A DNA stretch of 62,996 nucleotides, filler included, from Octopus bimaculoides (GCF_001194135.2; 5 parts of 5 records of this genome joined end to end with filler, not necessarily neighbours in it), one strand, 5' to 3'. Positions 48,825 to 61,418 are shown, counted from the whole stretch's first letter. The notes: a model not told the origin generated them from the sequence alone. Numbers and translations: made by a program.

Positions 48825-51659
48825 GGATTTGAATATTGATAATTATATATTTAAAGGCCATGGAATCCTTAAAAAATAGGTTAAATGTCTTGCGTTAGTA
48901 ATGTTTGTTATTTATAAGAAACCAAAGTAACTTATGACATTCACTTATTTAAAGTTGGTTGTTGTATAGAAGACTTGTACCATCAATTCGTAGAAAAATT
49001 ACCGTTTTTGATACTTCACAGACTCATCCTATCGTATTAATCATTTTTTGTCAGGAGCTGAATCTCAACGAAGATCTTTTATAATTACTTAGCATTTTTT
49101 TTGAGGGATTTATTTTAAGCTTTTATTTGCAAAGTTTCATTTTGTGCTTTCATTTTTACGCTTTTGCAATTTTAACTTAAATAAGTTTGAAGTAGCTCCG
49201 TTTCATTTTTACATATAAGTTGATTATCGAGAACGACAGATCACTTACTATTTGGAAATGGGGTAATACACCTGTTACTTTAAGAACAATCTTGGATAAA
49301 AGAGATTAGCTTGTATCTTTGTTTTGCATGATTAACCGGTTGTTAATATTCATCATTCAGTTTATATTCAGTTTCTACTTAGCTCACTGATATAATTACT
49401 ACCCTAATACAAAGTCACGAAGTAATTGTTTTCACTGTGTGCTAACCATATTATCAATAGCAACAATGTATTATTACACAACTGCTTATCAATTTTATGT
49501 CACACTAGTGAATTAAACACATGCACCTCTGTTGAATTTCACCACCAATATTACAGGTATTAATCGTGTATAATTTTGAAATTGCTATACAATAACTAGG
49601 CCTTGAATAGACTTAGCTATGATAGATTTATAGTTGGGGATTTTTCTATACTGTATGTACTCCCATAGATCAATTTCTATGCACAAATGTATTCAGAATA
49701 TTAACTGCGAACGTCAATACCAAATCTGTGACATTTAAAAAGAGTCTGCGACACTCTGGATATATCTTTGATCTTACTGTAATAGTTTTAATGCCAAACT
49801 GGATTGGTATTAACAACCATTATGAACATCTCGTCGAACTTGCTCGGATTTGTCTGACACGGGAATTCATTTCGTTCTCTCAGAGCATTCATCGGTGATG
49901 ATAGTGATGGGAGTTCACTGGGCAACATCCCGTGTCCTTGAAGAGTTTGTCAATGAAACTATTTGCTGGATGACCACTATGTACACACAAGTCAGAGTGT
50001 CTTTACATGTTTATCATTAATGTGTTCCTGAATCTTTTGCAAAAGTCATGCATCACTCTGCCACCCTGACTTGCATGACTTGCCTTCTCTCTTGCTTTCT
50101 TTAATGACGAATGTGATTGCCATGAGACTTGGTTTAATCAGTTGCTTTTTTCACAAGATATTCAGAACGACTCGTAATATGGGGGTATAAGCGCCGTCAA
50201 GGTTTGCTTTCGTATGTTTGGTAAATGTTCAAGTAGTGCACTCGCACAGTAGCACTGATTCAACAGTGACCTTGGAGAAGTTTCTTTTCTATGGATTGAT
50301 ATTACTTTTTAAGTTATGTGTGAAGAGCGAAGTCCAAGATGATAAATATATCATATATGATACTCTTCCTCACCCTCACCACTCAGCCACAAAAACAACA
50401 CCAGGCATAAATAATACTGATCCTGTTGCCCTCTTTGTTTTTATATGACCTTGAAAAAGTAGCAACAGATATTGATCTGTATTTCACTGTCTAAAAACCG
50501 AAAATATCTACTACAAGGAGGGATCAATAAGCACTGTCAGATAAAATCCTCTAAAATCTGTAGAATTCTAATTTTTGGAGTGAAATAAATAAATGAGTCT
50601 GGGTTTCTGCAACAAAAACTAATGAAAATTCGATCACATGGTGTATTCTGGATGAGAGGGTAAATATGAATAAATAAGTTTATATGGAATTCATGTTAAC
50701 TACATAGCTCAGCACTTACCAAAGTTTGAATAAATTTTATAAAGAAATTATGAGAACAAAAAACGAAAAAAAAAACGAAGAAATATAATATATCTCACCA
50801 ATTTTCACAGATAAAATTTGCGAACAATCATTAAGTCAATGTAAATTTATGTTCCTTCTAAACAAATTTTATCAACAACACATCTTTAGACGGCTGATTA
50901 TCTAATTCGTTTCAATATATATCGCTCCATAAACTGAGCTCAAACAAATAAAGATTCCTGGAACTGCAATAGAGAATGTCTCCATCTCAACAATACCAGA
51001 AATTCTCATAAAATGTACGCAGTCAACATTCGTGGTAAATTTACTTTTTATACATTTCCAGACGAAATAAATATTGAAATTTGAAGTCTCCTTGCAGTAG
51101 TTATCGCTGAGAGAATAACTTTTGCTAAGATATTCCTTTTTATCTGACTCTCCAAATTACTCAATACGGCTGTGCACAAGATGTATATATAACAGAGTCA
51201 TTATATGTTTTGTTTATGTCGATGTATAATATTGTTTTCTTTGAGCCTTAAGCAAAAAATCGAAAGAGGAAAATTCCGTGAAGCATGGAATAGGTTCCCA
51301 TGTGAAACTGGAGTGAAATTGCAAGTCATATATCGTTGTCAAGAATGTAGTCATGATGGAGCAAATGTGTGCATGTTCTAATTTTTCGTCAGTCATATCG
51401 ACCTCAATTTTATTATTCAATCCGATACGATCTGATTGCTCACTATTTGTAAGACTTTGTAACAAATGTATATGCACACACACATGCGTACAAATATGTA
51501 TATGAAATAGAAGACGGAAAAATGTGTATCATCACAAGCGGGATTTGAACGATGCGTTTGCTGTAAACCGAGTAGCTGTGCTAAACATTACAGCGAAGCG
51601 ACATTATAAACTTGGCCACCATCCAAATTAAGAGACTTGGTTAGTGTTAGGGTTAGAGG

Positions 51660-52148
51660 ATGTAGTGTTGCCCTGACTCAAGAGGGTGGCTGCTGGAAGA
51701 CCCTATGTCTGGCAACAGGACTCTGCACCATGCCACACAAGCAGGAGAACCCAGTCATGGCTGTCAGACAATTTCTGCGATCACATCTACCCTAACATCT
51801 GGTCACCTAACTCCTCAGACTGCAACCCCCTTGATTATTATGTGCGGGGCGCAGTTGAGCGAGAGACCAACAAAACTCCTTGTAACACCTAAGTGAACTG
51901 AAGGCAAGGATTATGGTAGCATTCACCAACTTAAAAAGAAGACCGTCCAGAAGAGTTCCAGGAGATTCTGAAATCGTCTGGAGGACGTGTTTGAAGTCAA
52001 TGGCGATTTTATTGAATACATTTTATTGAATAAATTCACTCTTTAGTATTTCGAGGTACTTTTATGTAAGTTTAGTAAATATATCTGTTACAATGAGATG
52101 TTATTTTATATTTTTGCGAAATTTAGACGACAATTTATTCACCGCACC
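51660..52148 (+). mobile_element. Tc1/mariner transposase C-terminal fragment and 3' end
   Basis: WQQDSAPCHTS...WSPNSSDCNPLDYYV. Confidence 0.8.
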
Positions 52149-52159
52149 ATATATGTATA

Positions 52160-52348
52160 TACATACATGGTGGTTGTCTACTCCTTAAACAGAGTTTGAC
52201 CACCTCCTGCACCTACACCTTAGCCCTTTCATGGCGTCTGATGTGGCTTTTTAAACCAGACAGTGTTTTGAAAAAGCACCCACACATATTGCACCTCTGA
52301 TTTGCACTACCAATACCTGCAAGTAAGTTCTGCTCATTGTGGATCTTA
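52160..52348 (-). mobile_element. LINE (RTE-like) 3' end with C2H2 finger and (ATGT)n tail
   Basis: CNMCGCFFKTLSGLKSHIRRHERAKV*, homologous to 40330-40450. Confidence 0.65.
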
Positions 52349-53885
52349 NNNNNNNNNNNNNNNNNNNNNNNNNNNNNNNNNNNNNNNNNNNNNNNNNNNN
52401 NNNNNNNNNNNNNNNNNNNNNNNNNNNNNNNNNNNNNNNNNNNNNNNNNNNNNNNNNNNNNNNNNNNNNNNNNNNNNNNNNNNNNNNNNNNNNNNNNNNN
52501 NNNNNNNNNNNNNNNNNNNNNNNNNNNNNNNNNNNNNNNNNNNNNNNNNNNNNNNNNNNNNNNNNNNNNNNNNNNNNNNNNNNNNNNNNNNNNNNNNNNN
52601 NNNNNNNNNNNNNNNNNNNNNNNNNNNNNNNNNNNNNNNNNNNNNNNNNNNNNNNNNNNNNNNNNNNNNNNNNNNNNNNNNNNNNNNNNNNNNNNNNNNN
52701 NNNNNNNNNNNNNNNNNNNNNNNNNNNNNNNNNNNNNNNNNNNNNNNNNNNNNNNNNNNNNNNNNNNNNNNNNNNNNNNNNNNNNNNNNNNNNNNNNNNN
52801 NNNNNNNNNNNNNNNNNNNNNNNNNNNNNNNNNNNNNNNNNNNNNNNNNNNNNNNNNNNNNNNNNNNNNNNNNNNNNNNNNNNNNNNNNNNNNNNNNNNN
52901 NNNNNNNNNNNNNNNNNNNNNNNNNNNNNNNNNNNNNNNNNNNNNNNNNNNNNNNNNNNNNNNNNNNNNNNNNNNNNNNNNNNNNNNNNNTATATATATA
53001 TGTATATATATATGTATATATACACACACACATATATATGTATCTAGCCATCTATACATACATAATACATACATACATATATACATACATACATACATAC
53101 ATACAACATACATATATACACACACATACATAAAAATGATAATCAAATTGAAACGATATGGAAAATGATCAATAGAAAAGGACAATTAGACATGGTGTAT
53201 CTTCCGTCAGTCACCGGTTCTCGAATGAGCGTAGTATTGGAACATTTATATCAGGAAACTTAATGCCATGATACTACTCATTCGGTTGTGCCAATGATTG
53301 TATGTATCACCGAGTTAGTGAGTATAACAGGGGACAGAACTTAGAACATTCGAATCAGAGGAAAAATTAACTCAGGTATGTAATAAACTTCAGCAAAACA
53401 GAAAAAGCGTAATGTCTTATGATTAGAGAAAAGAAAAAATAAAAACTAACAGATGTGAGGGAATAATGATATTGGGGAAGTAAATAGGGTAGTAAGAATG
53501 ATGTGGAGTATATATATATATATGTACGATGCGTACTGCCTTAATTCTTCGAAACGCCGGAGTTTTAATGGTGGCAGCTGATGAAGGGGATGTTTCTATG
53601 TGGCCTGCTTGTTTGTTGCACCTTGTTTACCATTTTTGTCCTTGTTCTTTTGCCACGTCATGTACTCAGTTATGTATCTATATGTACATGTGGATGAACG
53701 TATATACATACATGTACATANNNNNNNNNNNNNNNNNNNNNNNNNNNNNNNNNNNNNNNNNNNNTTAATTAATTAANNNNNNNNNNNNNNNNNNNNNNNN
53801 NNNNNNNNNNNNNNNNNNNNTATATACATATTATACACACACACATATATACACACATCAAAAGATTCATAGGAGCACACAAATC

Positions 53886-53968
53886 CAGAAGGACATATTG
53901 TTGTAACTACATTGAAACTCTCCAAGTGGAAAGCAAAAATGTAGTTACAACAGTAATATGTCCTTCTG
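53886..53968. other. Long isolated hairpin (pre-miRNA-sized)
   Basis: CAGAAGGACATATTGTTGTAACTACATT / AATGTAGTTACAACA(GTA)ATATGTCCTTCTG: 28 bp with one 3-nt bulge. Confidence 0.75.
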
Positions 53969-54235
53969 TTTAAATGTAATTTCAGTAAATTTTCTGTAGC
54001 TTTGTGCAGCTGAGGATTGCTCTGCATTTTACATTTGATGTAATGTTCACATTACTTAAATAAATGGAGTTGCATGAAACGATCGTACTGCATTAACCTT
54101 GGATATTCTTGTTGCTTATTTTGATTTTAATCACCTCATTTTAGAATTGTTCGGATAATACCGTACTTAATTCTGGTGCCTAAACTTAAGTACCATATTC
54201 ACCTTGAATCTAAGTTTTATATATATATATACTCT

Positions 54236-54629
54236 TTACTCTTTTACTCTTTCACTTGTTTCAGTTTTTTTACTGTGGCCATGCTGGAGCACCGCCTTTA
54301 GTCGAGGAAATCGACCCCAGGACTTATTCTTTGTCAGCCTAGTACTTATTTTATCGGTCTCTCTTTTGCCGAACCGCTAAGTTACGGGGACATAAACACA
54401 CCAGCATCGGTTGTCAAGCGATGTTGGGGGGACAAACACAGACACACACACATATATATATATATATATACATACATATATACGACGGGCTTCTTTCAGT
54501 TTCCGTCTACCAAATCCACTCACAAGGCTTTGGTCAGCCCGAGGCTATAGTAGAAGACACTTGCCCAAGGTGCCACGCAGTGGGACAGAACCCGGAACCA
54601 TGTGGTTGGTAAGCAAGCTACTTACCACA
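54236..54629 (-). mobile_element. Near full-length, apparently young SINE family A copy
   Basis: tRNA-like head, CCTTGGGCAAG core-like motif, internal (TA/CA) tract, 3' TACTCTTT repeats. Confidence 0.88.
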
Positions 54630-55027
54630 TATATATATATATAGCTTATACTTAAGAATTATGCTAAACATGTACATACATATATATTCCTGCATTTATA
54701 AATGTATGTATATATAATATACATACACTCATACACACACACACATACATATGTGTGTGTGTGTTTGTGTGAATGAGGAGTGTAACCTTCGGTTACCATT
54801 CCATTCAAAAGAAACCTTGAAACGTCAATATTCACAAACACCCACAATATTCACAAACAAACACATATTTGTACATACATACGTACATACACAAATGCAC
54901 ATGGCCACACACACACACACACAAAGTCACACACACACTCTCACATAAAGTCACACACACACACACACACACACGTGGTTCCTGCACACTTCCACAGACT
55001 TTCGCACAGAACCTCGTGTGGTCTTAC

Positions 55028-55306
55028 TCTGTAGCTCTACTTTGACAGTCCGGCTGGCAGTCTCTTTGTAACCGTTCGAGGCGGTACATCTGTACAGCCC
55101 AGTCCTGTGGGGCGTAAGGTGCACGATGAACAGGGTCCCGTTCTTGAAAATCTGGTAGTTGTTGTTGTTGTTGTTGTGCAGCTTCTTGCCCTCCCTCCAC
55201 CACATCGTCCTTGGTTTAGGGATCCCGTGGGCCTGGCAGGGTATTGTCACTGACTGGTTAGCAGGGACAACGAAGGTTTTCTGGTCGTCACTGATAGTTA
55301 CTGGCA
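55028..55306 (-). CDS. Immunoglobulin I-set domain exon (hemicentin/papilin/peroxidasin-type Ig)
   Basis: 279 nt, phase 1-1, TTCCAG acceptor, GTAAGA donor: VPVTIS...SVTIPCQAHGIPKPRTMWWREGK...NGTLFI...TGLYRCTASNGY...VKVELQ (B-strand C, C-strand W, YxC). Confidence 0.93.
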
Positions 55307-55629
55307 CTGGAATGTACAACCACACTGTGTATATCTGTGTATATGTATATATATCTATATCTATGTATTTATATAAGGGCATTACTATACAAGAATGCCT
55401 CACGCTATGAGGGACTCTAAGGTCAGACTATCATAATAAACACATTTTTACCGTGAGGCATAATTGTATAGTAATGCCCTTATAAAAATAAATATATTTT
55501 AGGGGAATAAATGATGGATTTTTTTCCCTTATGAGGTTTTGTTTCACGCTAGCTACTTGATGAATTCTTGTAAAAGAATTCATCCTATTATTGAATTTAT
55601 ATATATCTATGTATGTATGTATGTATGTT

Positions 55630-55985
55630 TCTGAAGGTCTTACTGGCCGAATGTGATCTCAAATAGCCAACAACACACCAAGGCTAACGTGAAACCAATA
55701 AGAGAAACTATTGAAGCAAGGAGATGGAAATGGCTGGGTCAAGGTTGTCGATGTAAACCGAACACAATTGCCAGGATTGTTTTGCAATTGGTTCCACAAA
55801 GTAAAAGAAGACGTGGCTGACCAAAAGAAATGTGGTGGAGAACAATAACAAGAAGATCTTACAAGCAGAAGGGTTAACAACGGAACAAGCTATGAAGGAG
55901 GCTTTCGGTGTTAGAAGGTGGAATGGTCTTGTTGTCGCCTCAAGTGCTACAAGGCACGTTGAGAGCTGAAGGAATGAATGAATGC
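55630..55985 (+). mobile_element. RTE-BovB-like LINE 3' fragment
   Basis: IEARRWKWLG...IARIVLQLVPQSKRRRG*PK; (GAAT)n tail. Confidence 0.7.
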
Positions 55986-57037
55986 GTGTTTTTGTGTGTG
56001 GAGGGGTTTGTGTGTCATTTGGTGAGGAGTTTTTTTTTGTGTTTGAAACGAAGTCCTTTCGGCGGGAAAAGAGAAAAAAAATATATAATTTTGTTTGTGT
56101 TTCGTTGATNNNNNNNNNNNNNNNNNNNNNNNNNNNNNNNNNNNNNNNNNNNNNNNNNNNNNNNNNNNNNNNNNNNNNNNNNNNNNNNNNNNNNNNNNNN
56201 NNNNNNNNNNNNNNNNNNNNNNNNNNNNNNNNNNNNNNNNNNNNNNNNNNNNNNNNNNNNNNNNNNNNNNNNNNNNNNNNNNNNNNNNNNNNNNNNNNNN
56301 NNNNNNNNNNNNNNNNNNNNNNNNNNNNNNNNNNNNNNNNNNNNNNNNNNNNNNNNNNNNNNNNNNNNNNNNNNNNNNNNNNNNNNNNNNNNNNNNNNNN
56401 NNNNNNNNNNNNNNNNNNNNNNNNNNNNNNNNNNNNNNNNNNNNNNNNNNNNNNNNNNNNNNNNNNNNNNNNNNNNNNNNNNNNNNNNNNNNNNNNNNNN
56501 NNNNNNNNNNNNNNNNNNNNNNNNNNNNNNNNNNNNNNNNNNNNNNNNNNNNNNNNNNNNNNNNNNNNNNNNNNNNNNNNNNNNNNNNNNNNNNNNNNNN
56601 NNNNNNNNNNNNNNNNNNNNNNNNNNNNNNNNNNNNNNNNNNNNNNNNNNNNNNNNNNNNNNNNNNNNNNNNNNNNNNNNNNNNNNNNNNNNNNNNNNNN
56701 NNNNNNNNNNNNNNNNNNNNNNNNNNNNNNNNNNNNNNNNNNNNNNNNNNNNNNNNNNNNNNNNNNNNNNNNNNNNNNNNNNNNNNNNNNNNNNNNNNNN
56801 NNNNNNNNNNNNNNNNNNNNNNNNNNNNNNNNNNNNNNNNNNNNNNNNNNNNNNNNNNNNNNNNNNNNNNNNNNNNNNNNNNNNNNNNNNNNNNNNNNNN
56901 NNNNNNNNNNNNNNNNNNNNNNNNNNNNNNNNNNNNNNNNNNNNNNNNNNNNNNNNNNNNNNNNNNNNNNNNNNNNNNNNNNNNNNNNNNNNNNNNNNNN
57001 NNNNNNNNNNNNNNNNNNNNNNNNNNNNNNNNNNNNC

Positions 57038-57319
57038 GTGTACCCTTAATGTAGTTCTCGGGGGATATTCAGCGTGACACAGTGTGACAAGGCTGGCCCT
57101 TTGAATTACAGGTACAACAGAAACAGGAAGTAAGAGTGAGAGAAAGTTGTGGTGAAAGAGTACAGCAGGGTTCGCCACCATCCCCTGCCGGAGCCTCATG
57201 GAGCTTTTTAGTTGTTTTTCGCTCAATAAACACTCACAATGCCCGATCTGGGAATCGAAACCGCGATCCTATGACCGCGAGTCCGCTGCCCTAACCACCG
57301 GGCCATTGCGCCTCCACTC
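57038..57319 (-). mobile_element. tRNA-derived SINE family C (3' part in a gap)
   Basis: Reverse complement of 58464-58745 with few differences. Confidence 0.9.
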
Positions 57320-57439
57320 GGGTGAGTGCAGTAAGATGCTGGTTAACAGTAGGGATCACACACAGCTGTGTAGCAGTTGAGTAGAGATCATCCGAAGGTG
57401 GTAGATAGCAGTAGCTTGAGAGATAACACAGAGTGAAGG

Positions 57440-58020
57440 AAGAGAAGATTCTGCTGGCGAGAAGGAAGTGGCGATGTTCAATATGCAGATAGTGAGAAGG
57501 CAGCAACGGGATAAGGTGTAGCCAGTATAAACTACGGGTGCATAGGAGGAGCAGTAGAATGAGAATCAGGTTGATGAAAACGAAAGATTTTGTATGGAAC
57601 AAATGCAGAGGAGTAGTTGAAATTAAGAGCTGTTACCTCAGTTGGCAACAAGGAGATACTCTATTTGAACGAAAGAGCAGACTGTACGATGCTTGTGTAC
57701 GAGGTGCAATGTTGCGTGTTAGCAAACCATGAGCATTGAACGGAGAAATATAGTATTAGCGTGCATGAACGATGGAGCAGTTAGGAGTTAAGCCAGAAGA
57801 GATATGGGTACGAAAGGATTCCAATGTAGTGTGCGAGACGAGAGGAGTGTGTACTGTTGTAAAGATGCAAATGCACTTTGGAGGCTGAGGGTTGAGGGCC
57901 GAAGTTCCATGTAGAAGGAACCAGCGGAAAAAGGAAGAGGCAGGAAGAAGGTGGAAGAGGCAAAGATAACAAAAAGATCACAAGTGGTGGAGAAGTCATG
58001 CCCATCCCATACGAGCAAGT
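57440..58020 (+). mobile_element. Decayed RTE LINE C-terminal fragment
   Basis: KSRLYDACVRGAML (cf. KGRLYDACVRTAMLHGSETW). Confidence 0.6.
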
Positions 58021-58463
58021 AAAATCTTAGGTAAAAATGTTGACGATGGTGATAATGAAAATGATAACGATGGTATTTTGACCTATGGAAATAAATAAAA
58101 ATTCAGTAACTTGTAGGATATATGCATATAAACAAACATAAACATTTTTATATATATATACAACACAATAGTAAAATATATAAATATATAGTTTTAGGGA
58201 AAAGAACCAAGTTTCATGATCATATGTTTTACTCTGTGAAACTTAATTTAATTTTAATTTTTAATAAATTGATTTTAATTGAGTTTTTACCTGTAATTTT
58301 GGATTTTATCCCTAATATTATTATTATACAACACAATAGTAAAATACNNNNNNNNNNNNNNNNNNNNNNNNNNNNNNNNNNNNNNNNNNNNTTAATTAAT
58401 TAANNNNNNNNNNNNNNNNNNNNNNNNNNNNNNNNNNNNNNNNNNNNGGTGCTGGTGCTAAAT

Positions 58464-58850
58464 GAGTGGAGGCGCAATGGCCCAGTGGTTAGGGCAGCGG
58501 ACTCGCGGTCATAGGATCGCGGTTTCGATTCCCAGACCGGGCGTTGTGAGTGTTTATTGAGCGAAAACACCTAAAGCTCCACGAGGCTCCGGCAGGGGAT
58601 GGTGGCGAACCCTGCTGTTCTCTTTCACCACAACTTTCTCTCACTCTTACTTCCTGTTTGTATTGTGCCTGTATTTCAAAGGGTCAGCCTTGTCGTATTG
58701 TGTCACGCTGAATATCCCCGAGAACTACTTTTAGGGTACACGTGTCTGTGGAGTGCTCAGCCACTTGCACGTTAATTTCACGAGCAGGCTGTTCCGTTGA
58801 TCGGATCAACCGGAACTCTCGACGTCGTAAGCGACGGAGTGCCAACAACA
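58464..58850 (+). mobile_element. Full-length tRNA-derived SINE family C
   Basis: A box TGGCCCAGTGG, B box GGTTTCGATTCC, (ACA)n tail. Confidence 0.9.
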
Positions 58851-59937
58851 GGCTTTTTGTCTGCGTCAATAACTATCTTGTAGCTTCTGATGTAGCTATT
58901 GCTTGCAGATCAAAGATTAACTCTTCTTTCAAATTTGGAAGATTAAATGACCGTTGCAAAACCTGCTCCTTGTAATTTTCCACAAAATATACCTGTAAAA
59001 ACTGAGGATTTTTGCCTTCAGTTGGCAACAAAGATCTAATACAATGGTATATTTGATCTTGGATCTTTAAAAATCAGCTTCATGTTACCTCCTCTTATAA
59101 TATTGCTGCCAAAGGAGGTCATTTGGAAAGCAGAATTATAATTCCTAGTGTTTTTCAAGAAGTGCATGTTCCTTGTTGTGTTTCTCAAAAGCAATGCCTT
59201 CAAATTATCTGGGGGTGTACTAAACATCGGTAAAACAACCAGTCCTCCACCACAACACAATAGTGGTGGTTTCTCTTTCCCATTTCGTTCCTTTACAAAA
59301 AAACTGCACCCTTCTGACACTGCTCCAATATCAATCAATTTCTCTGTCAAACAATCATGTTTTGGATCATATTTGAAAGTTGATCTTTTCCAAGTCCCCT
59401 TAAAAGGTGCAACTCTTTTGTTAAACATATTTAGCTTATCTTGATGATGACGCTTACGTCTTTCTTCTGAGAATTGGCGAAGCCTTGCAGCAACTGTTTG
59501 CTCCTGGTTTTTATTCTTTATCTTATCTCTCGCTGAACTTTTGTCTCATTGGCAACTATGACAGCTTGTCGTTGTCTTGCATCCTTTAAACATTTTTCTC
59601 TTTCTTTTTTTGACTCTTGGCTCCTTCGGATTGCATTTTGTTGACGTAACTGTTCTAACGTAACTTGTCTCTTGTAACTCATTGACCCTGCGTGCAGCAG
59701 CTCTCCTTCGGTCGTTTTCATGTCTTTGCTGTCGTTGTGCAGGGGTCTCTAGAGACCTTACTGTAACTGCCTGCTCTCGTCTTTGCTTCACTGTAGAATA
59801 CGGATCATCTACATCTACATCTACCCCGTCTCCTCTTGAAGAGAGTGAGAACATTTTTCTCGGAAATTTTTTTTGAAAATTAAAATGGGGATCAAATGAA
59901 AAAAACGAGTGAAAGTTACGTGAATATATTTACAAGT
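58851..59937 (-). mobile_element. Helitron 5' portion with frameshifted RepHel N-terminus
   Basis: FKYDP..D...IG...C...E.P.LCCGGGLVVLP...PP..LKALL...HFLKNTRNYNSAFQMTSFG, PQFLQVYF, YKIVIDADK; upstream charged ETPAQRQQR repeats. Confidence 0.88.
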
Positions 59938-60192
59938 NNNNNNNNNNNNNNNNNNNNNNNNNNNNNNNNNNNNNNNNNNNNNNNNNNNNNNNNNNNNNNN
60001 NNNNNNNNNNNNNNNNNNNNNNNNNNNNNNNNNNNNNNNNNNNNNNNNNNNNNNNNNNNNNNNNNNNNNNNNNNNNNNNNNNNNNNNNNNNNNNNNNNNN
60101 NNNNNNNNNNNNNNNNCTCCTGCTTTCCCCCTCTCTTTGAGCCAGTTTTGTTTTACCTTCACCTACAGAACATACAGTATCAAACATCAGCG

Positions 60193-60330
60193 TCTCTCTC
60201 TCTCCCGCTATCCCTCTCTCTCCCGCTATCTCTCTCTCTCCCGCTATCTCTCTCTCTCCCGCTATCCCCCTCTCTCCCACTATCCCCCTCTCTCCCGCTA
60301 TCCCTCTCTCTCCCGCTATTCCTCTCTCTT
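60193..60330. repeat. 18-20-bp minisatellite (CTCTCTCTCCCGCTATCC) x~7
   Basis: Direct inspection. Confidence 0.92.
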
Positions 60331-60439
60331 TCAACTTCTCCTATAGAAACTTGCTTCCTCTCCCTGCTTCTTTCTCTCTTCTCCCTGCCTTTTTCGCATT
60401 CTTTGTTTCTCTCGTTTCACTGTTTTCGTCGTGGAGGCC

Positions 60440-61283
60440 TCCAGGAGGCCTTCAGGAGGTCTTCTGACAAATTCTCACTTATTAGAAAGCGAAACTCACC
60501 CACGTTATCGACGAAAATAGTGAGGTTTGTGGGTAAGAGTCTGATGCTTGAGTGATACATAAAAAGTGATGGTTCAAGAAAGTTGGTTAAGATTGACAGT
60601 AACTTGAATAGTGCCAAATACATCCAGTTGCTGAATGACAATTTGATACCAGACTTAGATGAAGGTGAGATTTTTCAACATGACGGAGTTCCGTATCGCA
60701 GATCGCATGCAACACAACAGAGTCTGGCTGATGAAGGTGTTACCAAATTGAAAGATTGGCCAGCTCAGAGCCCTGACTTAAACATCATTGAGCAAATGTG
60801 GACAGAACTAAAGAGAAGAGTTCGTCAGAGGAATCCACGCAATCTTGAAGAGTTGTGGGAGCTCAGCCACAGAGAATGGCATCTCATACCTGTGAAGATG
60901 GTGAACGATTTGTACACATCTTTCCCTGCTACATCAAAGCAATTATTCAAGCTTAGAGAAGCCACAAGAAATATTAACAACGTACAGTAACTTGAAATGA
61001 ACAGTATGTAGTAAATTTTGATTATAGGTATTTTTTCTCTTTTTAAAACACTGTACCTTGACTGGTTTATGGGAGGTTTTCGAATACTTTTGCACATTGT
61101 CTCGCATCTTCCCCTCTCATTCAGAACATCTACTACAAAATATAATAATTGGGTATGGAAATGACTCCGACAAGGCAAATGTTTCGTCTGTAAAAAACGT
61201 AATGCAAAACATCCACTTATAAGTTGGCACTTAGTAGAAATTTACAATAGTTTAAAGAGGATGTAGACTTTTGCACGGTATTG
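60440..61283 (+). mobile_element. Tc1-like transposon 3' half with right TIR
   Basis: FQHDG...WPAQSPDLNIIEQMW. TIR ACTTTTGCACGGTATTG|TA ends at 61283. Confidence 0.88.
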
Positions 61284-61324
61284 TATGTATGTATGTATGT
61301 GTATATGTGTGTGTGTATGTGTGT

Positions 61325-61364
61325 GTATATAGATAGAAAGACAGACAGACAGACAGATAGATAA

Positions 61365-61418
<54 letters not shown>

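Noticed and set aside
58464-58540. tRNA gene calls for SINE heads (also 4230-4299, 54560-54629)
   Set aside because: A/B boxes run directly into SINE bodies with tails; no complete cloverleaf or terminator.
59930-60334. Collagen-like GIAGER repeat ORF
   Set aside because: Antisense translation of an 18-20-bp CT-rich minisatellite; no splice or start context.
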